Shown piece by piece: positions 32,138 to 42,460 of a stretch of 64,000 nt of DNA. The stretch is from Candidatus Latescibacterota bacterium (lineage in GTDB: Bacteria > Latescibacterota > UBA2968 > GCA-2709665). Below the pieces are notes generated by a model. The model searched no databases, was not told the origin of the DNA, and worked only from the letters and a program-made list of their open reading frames with translations. Location: positions 2,304,001 through 2,368,000 of the forward strand of contig CBDDDZ010000005.1 in the NCBI GenBank assembly GCA_965226795.1, read 5' to 3'. Numbering within the stretch: position 1 is the stretch's first letter; each line of letters begins with the position of its first letter. Position numbers and translations under genes: made by a program.

Positions 32138-32219
32138 GCCGTCGTTATTAATTCGTATCCGTTCATTGTCGGGGCCTTATGTATCAAAATGTAGCCGCTA
32201 ACTCATTCAGACAGACTTC

Positions 32220-33140
32220 TCATTCACCAAAAAACGGGTACGGCTCGCCGGCTTCCACCAGCCTTTGTACCAGACTCGAGTACTTCAACACCTCCGTCAG
32301 CCGGGCGCGCCAATGCGGGGCGTAGAAGCCGACGAATTCCTGGAAGAACGCTCGCGCATCCTCACTGACGCCATCGAAGTATTGCGGCAGCAAAAACCAT
32401 GGCTGGTCACTGGCGTAGTTCAGCCCCCGCTGGCGCATCGCGAACTCTGCGGCGGCCCGTTTTTTTACCGAGATCATCAACGAGCGCCTGAGCTTGTCGG
32501 TGTGATAGCGGCCCCGATGAATGCACAACTGGGTAAACAGCACCGCGTCACCGGGTTCCTGGTGGAGACGAACGGCGCCAGGCATATCGTTCGAGCGGTT
32601 GTGGATCCCATCATCGGCGACGCAGATCGCGTGCTCTTCGGGGGAGTAGTCACGCAGGTGAGACCCCGGCACCACTTCGAGATCGTCGGTAGGGACCAAT
32701 GCGATTTGCATCTGCAACCCGGCTCCGGTCTCCGGTCTCCGGGATACGTCTGCTTCTGCACCGATCTTGTCCTTGTGCCAAAATCCGTCCTGGCTTTCTC
32801 CGGTCGGATTACAGTAGAGACTGCTCAAGGCGAAGAGGAATTCTTCATCCAAGGCTGCGCTCAGCGATTCGACAACTTGGGGCGACCCCATGGCATTGAG
32901 CAGAAAGGCGAGATCGTCGGGGTGATCGCGGTGATATTCCGGGTCGTTCAGGTGCCTCATGTAATTGGCCTGGGGCCCCACCGGTGGATTGTCACAGCGA
33001 GGAGCGCGCCGCCACTGTTCCAGCACTCGCTCACAGATCTCGCGCAGCCGTTTTGTCGTCGCTGCGTCGAACAAACCGCGCACCACGGCGTAAGAGTGGT
33101 GGCGTAGCTGCCCAGGGCAGGGTTCAGTAGCAATACTCAT
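32220..33140 (-). CDS. phytanoyl-CoA dioxygenase (PhyH) family protein
   Basis: WHKD, VVPGSH, IHRG. Confidence 0.8.
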   Translation of the reverse strand: MSIATEPCPGQLRHHSYAVVRGLFDAATTKRLREICERVLEQWRRAPRCDNPPVGPQANYMRHLNDPEYHRDHPDDLAFLLNAMGSPQVVESLSAALDEEFLFALSSLYCNPTGESQDGFWHKDKIGAEADVSRRPETGAGLQMQIALVPTDDLEVVPGSHLRDYSPEEHAICVADDGIHNRSNDMPGAVRLHQEPGDAVLFTQLCIHRGRYHTDKLRRSLMISVKKRAAAEFAMRQRGLNYASDQPWFLLPQYFDGVSEDARAFFQEFVGFYAPHWRARLTEVLKYSSLVQRLVEAGEPYPFFGE

Positions 33141-33254
33141 TATATCCTCTTGTGTTGCTGTAAGAATTGCGTCGCAATTGGACTGTAAAAGTGCGGACAG
33201 GCTGTCTCGTGCTGTCTAACTACGTATGGAAATCAATGCTCTATTAATTGCGGC

Positions 33255-33332
33255 TAACGTTTTCGCCGTGCCCGAACCGCGAAGCGGTTGCGCGAAGGGC
33301 CGTATGGCCCGTAGCCGGGCACGGACGTGTTA
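33255..33332. repeat. att-like site (near-consensus)
   Basis: TAACGTTTTCGCCGTGCCCGAACCGCGAAGCGGTTGC...CCGGGCACGGACGTGTTA. Confidence 0.93.
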
Positions 33333-33454
33333 TGTGTTGTGCCAGCCGGGGGGCGGGGGCGGCCTTGCCACGGATGGCAAGGCCGCTTTGTCGCTGAAAC
33401 AGAATTTCCGCTAAATGAATTATTCAGCGGAAATCTTGAAAGAAGAACGAGGGA

Positions 33455-33625
33455 TTATGTCTCCCGTTTCACCGATTCTTCTCTACTTTTCCGCACCAGC
33501 TTCTCAGGATGCTCTTTCTGGCGTCTTATGTAATACGCCACCAATTTCTCTGGGTCGTGATCACATTGCTCCGAAATCCTATGACGCACTTCACGAATCC
33601 TACGAATGGTCGGATCATCTTTCAT
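33455..33625 (-). CDS. small protein coupled to the PIN gene (putative antitoxin)
   Basis: MKDDPTIRRIREVRHRISEQC..., 56 aa, overlaps the PIN stop. Confidence 0.6.
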   Translation of the reverse strand: MKDDPTIRRIREVRHRISEQCDHDPEKLVAYYIRRQKEHPEKLVRKSREESVKRET

Positions 33626-34100
33626 CTTCAATATCTCCTAGGAGTTCCAGCGGAGTCACCAACGTGGGCACATATAAGCCAAGAATAGTGTTGACTCGCT
33701 TGATGTGGGCAAACTTATTCGCGTTAGCCAGATGATTGCAATTCCATGTGAGCAAAAATTCACACTTATGATAAGAGGCTGTCGCAAGATGGAGTGCATC
33801 GCCCAGGGGATCATTAGGCATCATCTGGTGTTGGATATATGCTTCTACAATCTCAGCGATTTCTCGTTCAATTGGCAGCAGTGGCAAAGGAGCAACCAGG
33901 GCCAATACTCGGTCCTTGTTAGGATACTCTCCTCCACTGAGTTCATCGATAACCGCTTCACTGGTGAAAATCTCATAACCCTCACGCCGTTCGTCCCACC
34001 ACTGGCGTGTCCAAGTCCGCTTTGCAGCCATCTCGGGTTCTGTACGTGTTTCGTAATAGAAACTGGGAATAGATATCTCGATGTAGACCTTAGGAATCAT
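33615..34100 (-). CDS. PIN-domain (VapC-like) protein
   Basis: VYIE, S.AVIDE, DALHLA, LLTWNCNHLAN. Confidence 0.85.
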   Translation of the reverse strand: MIPKVYIEISIPSFYYETRTEPEMAAKRTWTRQWWDERREGYEIFTSEAVIDELSGGEYPNKDRVLALVAPLPLLPIEREIAEIVEAYIQHQMMPNDPLGDALHLATASYHKCEFLLTWNCNHLANANKFAHIKRVNTILGLYVPTLVTPLELLGDIEDER

Positions 34101-34293
34101 TATATATCATATTGTTTTTAATATGGTAAAGACGGTTCAATTCTGCTGCGATTGGTCACCTATAGACCTGCTATAAATCTACATATCTTAATTAAGTTCT
34201 TCAAGCGAAATTTCCGCTACTGAAGAACGTAGTGAGATTCTCTTGGGCGGCCAGGACGGCCGCCTGCTTTTGGAGGAAGGCTGGCATGGCTTA

Positions 34294-34375
34294 TAACGTT
34301 CCCGCGGGCTGCGAACCTGCGCCAGCAGGTTGCTGCGGAGGCCCGAAAGGGCCGGAGCCGCAGCCCGACGTGTTA
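34294..34375. repeat. att-like site
   Basis: TAACGTT..CGGGCTGCGAAC...CGCAGCCCGACGTGTTA. Confidence 0.93.
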
Positions 34376-34439
34376 GCTGCAGTTGTCCCTAGCTAATGCG
34401 ATGCGTTAAGAATCTCGAAGTCGTCTTCAGTGTTTTTTA

Positions 34440-34979
34440 TTAAACGTTTTTGGTTGCCCGAATTCGAGCGAGTAAAACCGGAACCCAATGATCGCCGTAC
34501 CGAGTGCGAAGGATTGTTGACATCCAATCCTCTCCGGTAATCAGACCGCGGCACTCGGATGAATCACAATTGCAGTTCATCGCGAACTCAAAACTATCCG
34601 CCTGCGTGGCATAGTCTACTGAAATCTCTTCGTTTTTTAGTATGTCTCTCCGGGATTCCAGAGTGAAGGCATCAACGTGCCAAACAGTCGGATCACAGCT
34701 GTGATTCAAGAAATGGACTTGCTGTCTCGGTACAATGAACAGATCAAGACCTTCAGCAACGCTGATACTGTCAACGTAAGGCAGATCAGGGTTGCTTTCT
34801 CTTGCGGAGATCATCTTCAGCAGGTTATCTCGAGAGATAATCTCGCCGCCGAACTGCAGAATCCTCGTGCCGGCAGTGATTAAGGTCTCAGCGAAAAGAC
34901 CGGATCCCTCAATCTCGGATCTTCGGACTCCCACTTCGCTATGCAACCAACACTTCGATGGGGGTTGAGGTGTTTTCAC
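34440..34979 (-). CDS. SET-domain protein cassette
   Basis: G.GLFA, FLNHSCDP, EEISVDY, CNC...CRG. Confidence 0.9.
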   Translation of the reverse strand: MKTPQPPSKCWLHSEVGVRRSEIEGSGLFAETLITAGTRILQFGGEIISRDNLLKMISARESNPDLPYVDSISVAEGLDLFIVPRQQVHFLNHSCDPTVWHVDAFTLESRRDILKNEEISVDYATQADSFEFAMNCNCDSSECRGLITGEDWMSTILRTRYGDHWVPVLLARIRATKNV

Positions 34980-35011
34980 GTAGACATCGCGATCTCTGGG
35001 GCAATTGCAGA

Positions 35012-35157
35012 TAACGTTCCCGGGCTATACGACGTTCCCCGGTCCGGCGAAGCCGGATTGGCGCGGCGCTTGCGTCTCTCAGCAAGCGACGTGACAAAGG
35101 GGAATGTGCCCGAAGGGCCGGAGGGAGCGAAGCGACCGGAGCGAATAGCCCGTGTTA
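35012..35157. repeat. att-like site (long)
   Basis: TAACGTTCCCGGGCTAT...ATAGCCCGTGTTA. Confidence 0.88.
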
Positions 35158-36201
35158 GCAGAAGTCGCATCGGGGTGGCGCCCCTCTCGGTCCTGGAGAT
35201 CGGGGCGTACATACAGCGTGCGACATAGGTTTGGTTCCTCTCATCTGATTGGGATGACCTGAGATCCGATTCGAAAAAATGGTTTAGCCCTAGGCAATAC
35301 CGAAGAGATCACGACATCTCTCCAAAACCTTCACGTCAGGACCAGCAAGGGCAGTGGCCCCTCCAAGCGGCACGCGAGCAAAGTGATCCCGAACTTAGCG
35401 GCATGCCCTCTGGGTAGGGGCGCAGCCTTCGGCATAGTCAAGTCATTAGCAAGTGAGCTTTTGGACAAGACGAAGGTGCATTCCGCCGGATATTCAGTTT
35501 TCTCCGTCGCCTTTTCGCCACTTCGATAGGTGTAAAAATCAAGCAACCGGTGTGACACAGGCCAATGTGTGGGTAGTGGTGTTGAGGTGGGTCCAGGAGC
35601 GCTTTATTTTGCGACGGCGCTCATGGCCCGACAATACAGATCTTCTACGTCGATGTCCGAGGCCGTCACTTCGGAGCACCACGCACGAAGTGTATGGGAG
35701 GCTCGATATGTTCGCTACGGCTCAAGTGATTCCTGATTGCGTTCCCGAATCCGCTTAGGTCTTCGAAATAAGAAATAGATAGAAGCACCAAGGACATTGG
35801 AGCCAAGAATTGTAATGCCCCAACCCAACTTCTGCCCAGGCTACCACTGACATTGACGGGCGCCCAATGCCAGCAACAGCATGATGCGCTCGCAGGGGCA
35901 GATCAGAGACCCGAGGAAACGCGAGAAGACAGGACCAGGATGGCAACAAATGGTCAAGTCTCCCTTACGTGTCATATCTCTCTGAACGATACGTAAGGGG
36001 TCTCCTGATGTCAATGTGCCAGGGAGGAAACGCCGGCCGGGGATCAGGGCCTGTGGCGTCCGTTGCCAAGGGGTCGCGGCGGATCGGGCCTTCCGGCGCA
36101 TTGGGTGAATCACGTTGTGATTAGCCGGTTCCTGGGGACGTCGATTCCCCGAGTCGGCGAAGCGACGAATCCCGCAGATAAGTCCCGCAACGGGCGCATG
36201 C

Positions 36202-37578
36202 CTACCTGCTGAACGCGTCGGGCCTGCTGGAGTCCGAGGGCCAGTACCCGTCGCGGCTCGGGTGCCAGCGCTTGCCGCACAGGTCGGAGATCACGCTCCA
36301 TTCGGGGGCGCTCAGATCAGGGTCCGGCTGGAACAGGAAGCGCTGCAGGCCGGCCCGCTCGGAGGCGGTCAGGATGCCGTGCAGGTCGCGGGCGGTCATG
36401 GGCTCGCCCCCGTGCGGACGGCGCCCCGTCGACACCCAGGCGATCACCTTGTTCACATCCCCGATGGCCTCCAGCGCTCGGCGCGTCTCGTTGTACACCA
36501 GCTCCGAGTAGAACTCCTCGGGGAACCCCAGTTCCATGTCCGCCAGGGTCTGCACCCCGGGAAGCTCCAGCCCCAGGAAGGCCTTGACCACGGCGAAGCC
36601 GTCTGCCTCCAACAGGGTCGGGTTCCAGTCCAGGACCTGCTGCACCCAGCGGGCCATGGTGCCGTAGAGGCCGTCATTCCCGCGGTGCCAGAAGTAGTGC
36701 TTGGGGAAGACGTAGTCGAAGTACTCCGCCATCTCGCCAAATTCGTGCCCGGTCAGTGACGAGAAAGCGGCGGTGCGCGGAATGCCCCCCAGCTCCACCT
36801 TCCCTCCCACTCTCTGCATCTGCGCGTGCACGGCGCGCATGAACCCCCGCGCCGCTTCGCGGCGGGCGCGCAGCCAGTACAGGGCATCCTCGTTCAGGTC
36901 GAACAGGTTCAGTGCCCCCAGCATGCCGCCGGACGCGTGGTAGCGCACCAGATCCGGAGTCAGGTTGTGGAAACGCTCGTTCAGGTGCGCCATGCCGCGG
37001 GCGACGCGCTCCACATCGGCGCCGATGGCTTCCAGGCGGTGCCGCATGCGACCGTCCAGTTCCAGTAGGGCCTTACCCCGATGGAAGGCAAGTTCGTAGA
37101 AGGTCTCACCGGGCTGGTCCAGGATGACGCCGTGGGCCTGGGGATAGGCACTGGCCAGGTCGTGCACCCCGGCGGCCACCTCGATGGCCCCGAAAGGGTC
37201 CTCCTCCTCGGCTAGGCCGCTGGTGGTACCCTGGCCCCGCTGGTAGAGCAGCCGGAGCCCGTCTCTGGAGTCGAAGATCATGATGTGCCAGCCCCGGGAG
37301 GCGGCGTTGTCGAGGAGCGCGTGGAGCTGCTTCTCCCTCTCGGGGGTGCGGGCCGTTTCCGGGGGCGGCTTGATGCCGAACGCGGCGTACACCTTTGGGT
37401 CCGCCGCAAACGAGGGGGTGAGGGTGTCCCCCCACAACGGCATGCCGGCCTCGTTCCTGAGCCACATCCGTCCCACCACGATGCCGCCCACCCCTCCCGC
37501 CTCCCACGCGTCGAAGATGCGCGGGTAGTCGTCCAGCCAGTGCTCCAGGGGATTGTGCACGAAGATCCAGGGTACCAT
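36202..37578 (-). CDS. conserved hypothetical 458-aa protein, high GC (paralog of 48927-50240)
   Basis: shared YELAFH, FPKHYFWHRG, STGRRPHGG motifs. Confidence 0.8.
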   Translation of the reverse strand: MVPWIFVHNPLEHWLDDYPRIFDAWEAGGVGGIVVGRMWLRNEAGMPLWGDTLTPSFAADPKVYAAFGIKPPPETARTPEREKQLHALLDNAASRGWHIMIFDSRDGLRLLYQRGQGTTSGLAEEEDPFGAIEVAAGVHDLASAYPQAHGVILDQPGETFYELAFHRGKALLELDGRMRHRLEAIGADVERVARGMAHLNERFHNLTPDLVRYHASGGMLGALNLFDLNEDALYWLRARREAARGFMRAVHAQMQRVGGKVELGGIPRTAAFSSLTGHEFGEMAEYFDYVFPKHYFWHRGNDGLYGTMARWVQQVLDWNPTLLEADGFAVVKAFLGLELPGVQTLADMELGFPEEFYSELVYNETRRALEAIGDVNKVIAWVSTGRRPHGGEPMTARDLHGILTASERAGLQRFLFQPDPDLSAPEWSVISDLCGKRWHPSRDGYWPSDSSRPDAFSR

Positions 37579-37909
37579 CGCGTCACCTCTCTCTGGGGTT
37601 ACCCCAGTTTAGTGGACGGTTCCTTAACTGCACATTCAATGAGCATCCACAGCCAGAAACCTATCATGCCCAAGAGGAGGACAAGCAGGATTTCCCAAAG
37701 ACCTATGCCGAACATTCTCGCCTCCCTTGTTTTCGGTCAATCGAATGGTTGATAATTATCTCGAGCTTTGGATTTAGGGAAGATCTGACTCGGGATTTCT
37801 CCGCTGTCGCATAAATCCAAGTATAGGAACGAGTGTTGATGGTGGGGAGGGTGGGGCTATTTTTGCACGCAATCACGGTTCTTCTGGGGGTGGTGGGGGC
37901 GATTTCTGC

Positions 37910-38040
37910 TAACTACGGTATTACCGAACAGTTACGGTAATGCGTACCTGATCCGAAGATCTGCGAACGTTCGGGAACATTCCACGCTGAAGCTTGTAGC
38001 CCGAACATGTTCAGGAATGCTTCCTATGGTGGCATCGTCT
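37910..38040 (-). other. second copy of the putative primary insertion site (attI-like)
   Basis: similarity to 55817-55947 begins exactly at TAAC. Confidence 0.75.
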
Positions 38041-38296
38041 CTAATCAAAAACTGCCTCCCTTTCTTCCATCAATGCATCCAGCGGGCTCTGGATTTTCGC
38101 GAGATCCCGATTCGTCACCCGAGTATAGATCTGTGTGGTCTTTGGGCTTACGTGCCCGAGCAACACCTGGATATATCGCAGGTCCGTCCCGCGTTCAAGC
38201 AGGTGTGTCGCAAAGGAATGCCGTAGCGTCGGTATCCGCTGGACAATTTTCGCTTTCTCGCAAGCCCAGTCAAACGCGGTCTGTACCGACCTCTCC
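38041..38296 (-). pseudogene. 3' fragment of a second tyrosine recombinase
   Basis: ERSVQTAF...[26 protein letters not shown]...IYT. Confidence 0.9.
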
Positions 38297-38608
38297 CTGT
38301 GCTATCGGATTTCGCCAACCCATTGCGCCCAAAAAACGGGAGCAACTTAGTCGTGAAACTGAAATCCCAAGTCTCAAATATCGCCACTCACTCGAACCGC
38401 ATCCATTCAACAATATCATCGAGAGCCTTGTCTTGATAGCTCACCGCGTCCTCCCGTCCTACAAAGCCATGAACAAAATCCGTGGAGGCAGTCGCCTTCC
38501 TTGGATCATCATTCCACACGTGATACTCCCTCAGCCCAATTACCGTCGTGGGCATACACATTATACGGGCTGACAATGCACTTGAAATCCAGCAGTATGC
38601 ATAGTTCG

Positions 38609-39040
38609 TCAGTTGTCGATCAGAGCTTGCCTGATCCGTTCTGCATATGAATCCAACTCTTGATCAGGTAGACGATCTAACCACCGTGGATAAACTCTCA
38701 ATAAACCATCGTCTATCATCCTTGGGTGGATATGAAAATGCACATGGGGGACTTCCTGGTGAGCGCCTGGCCCATTGCTCTGCCATATGCTTAATCCGTC
38801 AAGCGCGAATGCTTTTTTGACGGTTTGAGAAAGTAGGATCATAGCTTTCATAATCCCGAATCCTGCTTCCTCTGACAGGGCATAGATGTCCTGAAAGTGC
38901 TCTTTGGGAATGACCAGAATGTGCCCAGGAATTGCTTGCCTTGGATCTATCATCGCGATGACAGAGTCCGTCTCGTATACAATCCTTGCGCTCTTAGTTC
39001 CTTCCACGATCTCACAGAAAACACATTTCGTTTCATCCAT
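38609..39040 (-). CDS. HIT-family hydrolase
   Basis: CVFC, HVHFH. Confidence 0.9.
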   Translation of the reverse strand: MDETKCVFCEIVEGTKSARIVYETDSVIAMIDPRQAIPGHILVIPKEHFQDIYALSEEAGFGIMKAMILLSQTVKKAFALDGLSIWQSNGPGAHQEVPHVHFHIHPRMIDDGLLRVYPRWLDRLPDQELDSYAERIRQALIDN

Positions 39041-39139
39041 CCAGTCCCCACATTGCTTTGTGAAAAAGTTATTATGACATACGAAAAAGGAACCCCACGG
39101 TAGTCGGTGTGTGCCATTCTTTGATTTCTTGCGTGCAGT

Positions 39140-39216
39140 CAACGATCTCACGGGCCGTGAACCTGCGAAGCAGGTTGGGGGACGGGCGTAAACCCGAAGG
39201 CGGGGGCACGGTGTTA
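39140..39216. repeat. att-like site
   Basis: CAACG...GAACCTGCGAAGCAGGTT...GTGTTA. Confidence 0.8.
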
Positions 39217-39255
39217 GACCTCGGGCAGTTTCGGAGAATGTCCCTACACCTTGGC

Positions 39256-39654
39256 CTATACGAATACTGAGGGCGAGACGCCAAATCGCCTGGACAAAGC
39301 ACGTATCTGCCGGACGTTTAGCTCTCGCTTACCTTCCAGAATCTCAGAAACCACCCCTTGCGAACCCACCTCCGGCAAATCCGACTGGGTCAATTCATGC
39401 TCCTCGATGAGAAGCCGGAGCGGATCGGCGCCCTCCAACCTGGGCATGGAATGGTGTTGTTCTTCCCAAGCGTGGACAATGGTGCCCAACGTATCGAGCA
39501 GAGAATAAAGCGGATGCCGTTCATCAGTGCCTACTTCATCGATCAGGCTGTTGAGCCGCGCCAGGGCCAGGTCGTATTCCTGCTCATTCTGAATCTTGAG
39601 TAACGCACTCACTTGCGTCCAGGATCGCTGAAGCTGTGGGGTAATGACACTCAT
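39256..39654 (-). CDS. higA: HigA antitoxin (HTH)
   Basis: LTQSDLPEVGSQGVVSEILEGKRELN. Confidence 0.88.
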   Translation of the reverse strand: MSVITPQLQRSWTQVSALLKIQNEQEYDLALARLNSLIDEVGTDERHPLYSLLDTLGTIVHAWEEQHHSMPRLEGADPLRLLIEEHELTQSDLPEVGSQGVVSEILEGKRELNVRQIRALSRRFGVSPSVFV

Positions 39655-39938
39655 GTCCTCCATCCTCCACGGTCGTAGGCTTGGTGTGTAAGCACATGAC
39701 GGATGTATACTTTGCCCCGGTTGAAGTGTATAGATACAATAAGACGTTACTTGCTGCCGGCGATGTTGAACACAACGAATTCGCCGACCTTGTCGGCCGA
39801 AGGAAAGGTGTGGCGCAATGCCGCGAAACTCCCAAACTGAGTTTGCCGCATGATCTTGAACCAGCGACTCAGAGGCTTCTCGCTTTCGGGATGCCGTGCC
39901 CAAAACGCTCGGAGGGCTTTGCGTGAGATTACGTGCAC
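39651..39938 (-). pseudogene. higB: HigB toxin with in-frame TAA at 39747-39749
   Basis: MHVISRKAL...VFNIAGSK*RLIVSIHF..GKVYIRHVLTH..YD. Confidence 0.85.
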
Positions 39939-40032
39939 CTACATAATATATCGTAATAAGCGATATGCCGCAAATATCCTGCCCCGCGTCCCAATCCACG
40001 GGCCTGACTCGACGCCATTGCTGCCTTTCGTC

Positions 40033-40127
40033 TAACCTTCTGGCCACTCGCGCATCCGCGTAGCGGGTTGCCGAATGGCCGACGGAGCGTCGCGACAGCA
40101 GCGCTCCCCGATAGAGCGAAGCATTAG
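40033..40127. repeat. degenerate att-like site
   Basis: left half similar to 21466-21510; right core eroded. Confidence 0.65.
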
Positions 40128-40529
40128 AGCGGCTGACCTTCAACGCACACCATTGGAATTTTGTCTCGCTCTGAAATTATCGCTGTACCCTGACATTGCC
40201 GATCGACACCTCAAAGGACTCAAATTTCGGCTCCTGCATTGTTGAAAGTTCCTTGTGCGCCGACTTGCAGAGGTTGTGGATGGTCCTTAGTCGGAAGTCG
40301 GCACATTCCAGAGGGTACCTGTAACACCTCGGATACTCTCTGGCAAACCTACAGAACTCGCCATACTTATCCGCATCCTTCCCTTCGAGTTCTCGCCATA
40401 TTGTATCCATGGTCAAGACGACCCCAGGGGATCCCCGACGCATTGAATGCAAGCTGAGAATAGGATGGATTCCCGTGCTGTAACCTGGAAGGCTCATGTT
40501 GTCAGATTGGCTCGGAGTCTGATTGCAGC

Positions 40530-40680
40530 TAACGTTTGGCGTCTGCGAAGGGGACTGGCCCGGGGAAGCCGGATTGGCGCATTGCGACGAGGTCGTGAAG
40601 GGTGATGAAGTAGACGCGATGGCCGGCTTCGAGTGCTTTGAGTGCCAGTCCGATAGCCAGGTCGGGTGCAGCGTGTGTTA
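40530..40680. repeat. att-like site (long)
   Basis: TAACGTTT...GAAGCCGGATTGGCGC (shared with the 35012 site)...GTGTTA. Confidence 0.75.
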
Positions 40681-41125
40681 GGCAGCCCCTGTCCAATCCT
40701 CCCGAATGAACTTCGCAACGCTATCCTCGTTGTTGCTGCCAATCACTTCGGTGGCATGCCTCTTCACTTCATCTGTTGCATTCGAGACGACAATCGCGCG
40801 GTCAGCCATTTGAAGCATACGAATATCGTTGTCACCATCTCCGAACACCACTAGCTCTGATCCTTCCAGACCCCACTCTCGCATCACAATGCGAATAGCC
40901 TGGTCTTTTGTGGCCTTCTCATCGTGCACTGTCAACCAGTACCATCCAGGAGAATACCAATTCTCGAAGCAATGTGTCTCCACCGCACCATTGCACCTTG
41001 TTTTGATTGCGCCTTCCAATTCCTGCAATGGCCCACCTCGCCCGATTATGGTCAGACGGATCACTTTGTCATGGAACGACTGCCTCACGTCGTCCACAAG
41101 GCGCAAACGTCCATCACCTTGATGA
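40678..41125 (-). pseudogene. 3' fragment of a Cof-type HAD hydrolase
   Basis: K..A, VFGDGDND, NA; 5' end replaced by the Kelch block. Confidence 0.75.
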
Positions 41126-41130
41126 TCATC

Positions 41131-42436
41131 CGTTGCGGATCACCTCGAACTGGATCGGATTGACTTCGGTCTTCGCATGCAACTACGGAATCTCCTTTAA
41201 GAAATGCCCTGTCAGGCCGGTGTTCCGCGCCAGAAATCGTTGTACGCCGCCAGCGGCCCGTCCCCGTGCGGCCCGGTAGCCAGGTCCAGCCCCCCGAAGA
41301 GATATACGGACTCGCCCCCCACTGCCATAACGGGGATTCGCCTGACGCCGGGACGTTCGGCGCCATCAGAGGAATCCTCCGCACCGTTGTGTGGATATAG
41401 ACAGTCCCACCGGCCGGCACGAAGATCGTACTGCCACAGATCGTTCAGCTGGGGGTGCTCCCCTTCCCCTCCTGCAAATCCTCCGAACAGATACAGGTAA
41501 TCTCCGATCACAGCGTGTCCCAGCCCGTACCGAGGGGAAGGCCGTGCAACATCATCCGCCCGGTTCTCCTGAATGCAGGTCCAGGCGCCTCCGTCGGGAT
41601 CGTATTCCCACAGATCGTTGTAGAACTCCGGCGCCCGACCCTGACTGTCCCGACCGCCCCACAGGTAGAGCCTGCCGTTCCAGCCGACCAGCACGGGACA
41701 GTATCGTTTCGGCGGCCAACCGTTGCGCCCATTCGACGCAGGCCCCAGGTGCTCCCATTTCCCGGCCGGCGCCTTGTAGGTCCACAGCTGTGCGTGCGTC
41801 ATCGCGCCATGGCCCCCCATCAGATACAGGTAATCACCCAGAACGGCCGCCCCCATCCCGCCCGAACCGGCGGGACGATGCCCATCCGCCGTTATTCCTG
41901 ATGCGCGCCCGTCGTCGGGCTCTAACAGCTCCCACGAGGCTGTCTTCGGATCGTAGGCCCAGAGATCGTTCAGCTTGATCGCCCCCTTGCCGGGGCCCCG
42001 CACCGAGGACCCGCCGAAAAGATAAAGCCTGCCGTTCACGGGCAGCCAGGTCGTGAGCTTCCGGGTACACGGTCTGGTATCGGACGGCCTGAACCCGATG
42101 CGCCCATCGTGGTCTTCCAACCGCGTCCACCGGCCTCGACCCGGGTCGTAGCGCCACAGGTCGTTCAATGAGCCCTGGACGGAAAGATCTCCAGGCCCTT
42201 TCGGCCGGCCGTACATCACTTTTATCCCCCCGAACAGGTAGACGCATCCATTGTAGCTCAACATCCCGCCGAAGGCCGCCCGCCTACAGGGTACATCCTC
42301 GGCTTGCTCCTGGTCCGGATGCAGCAGTTCCCACTTCATAGTGGACCTCCGTACGGCCTGACTTGTGATTCTGCGGAGAAAGTTCGGCATATTCCATTCG
42401 TAGCCGAAAAAATCGATGCAGTTTATTCGCCGTGGA
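41131..42436. repeat. 1.3-kb direct repeat, copy 2
   Basis: near-identical to 30654-31959. Confidence 0.92.
41212..42339 (-). CDS. Kelch-repeat beta-propeller protein (copy 2)
   Basis: same motifs as 30735-31862. Confidence 0.9.
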   Translation of the reverse strand: MKWELLHPDQEQAEDVPCRRAAFGGMLSYNGCVYLFGGIKVMYGRPKGPGDLSVQGSLNDLWRYDPGRGRWTRLEDHDGRIGFRPSDTRPCTRKLTTWLPVNGRLYLFGGSSVRGPGKGAIKLNDLWAYDPKTASWELLEPDDGRASGITADGHRPAGSGGMGAAVLGDYLYLMGGHGAMTHAQLWTYKAPAGKWEHLGPASNGRNGWPPKRYCPVLVGWNGRLYLWGGRDSQGRAPEFYNDLWEYDPDGGAWTCIQENRADDVARPSPRYGLGHAVIGDYLYLFGGFAGGEGEHPQLNDLWQYDLRAGRWDCLYPHNGAEDSSDGAERPGVRRIPVMAVGGESVYLFGGLDLATGPHGDGPLAAYNDFWRGTPA

Positions 42437-42460
42437 TGATTGTTGAACCCCCAAATTACT

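Noticed and set aside
35200..36110. Structured ncRNA in the ORF-poor stretch
   Set aside because: No recognisable RNA family or strong stems; more likely a decayed cassette gene.
30654..42436. Diversity-generating retroelement TR/VR pair
   Set aside because: There is no reverse transcriptase, the repeat is gene-length, and the differences are not adenine-specific.
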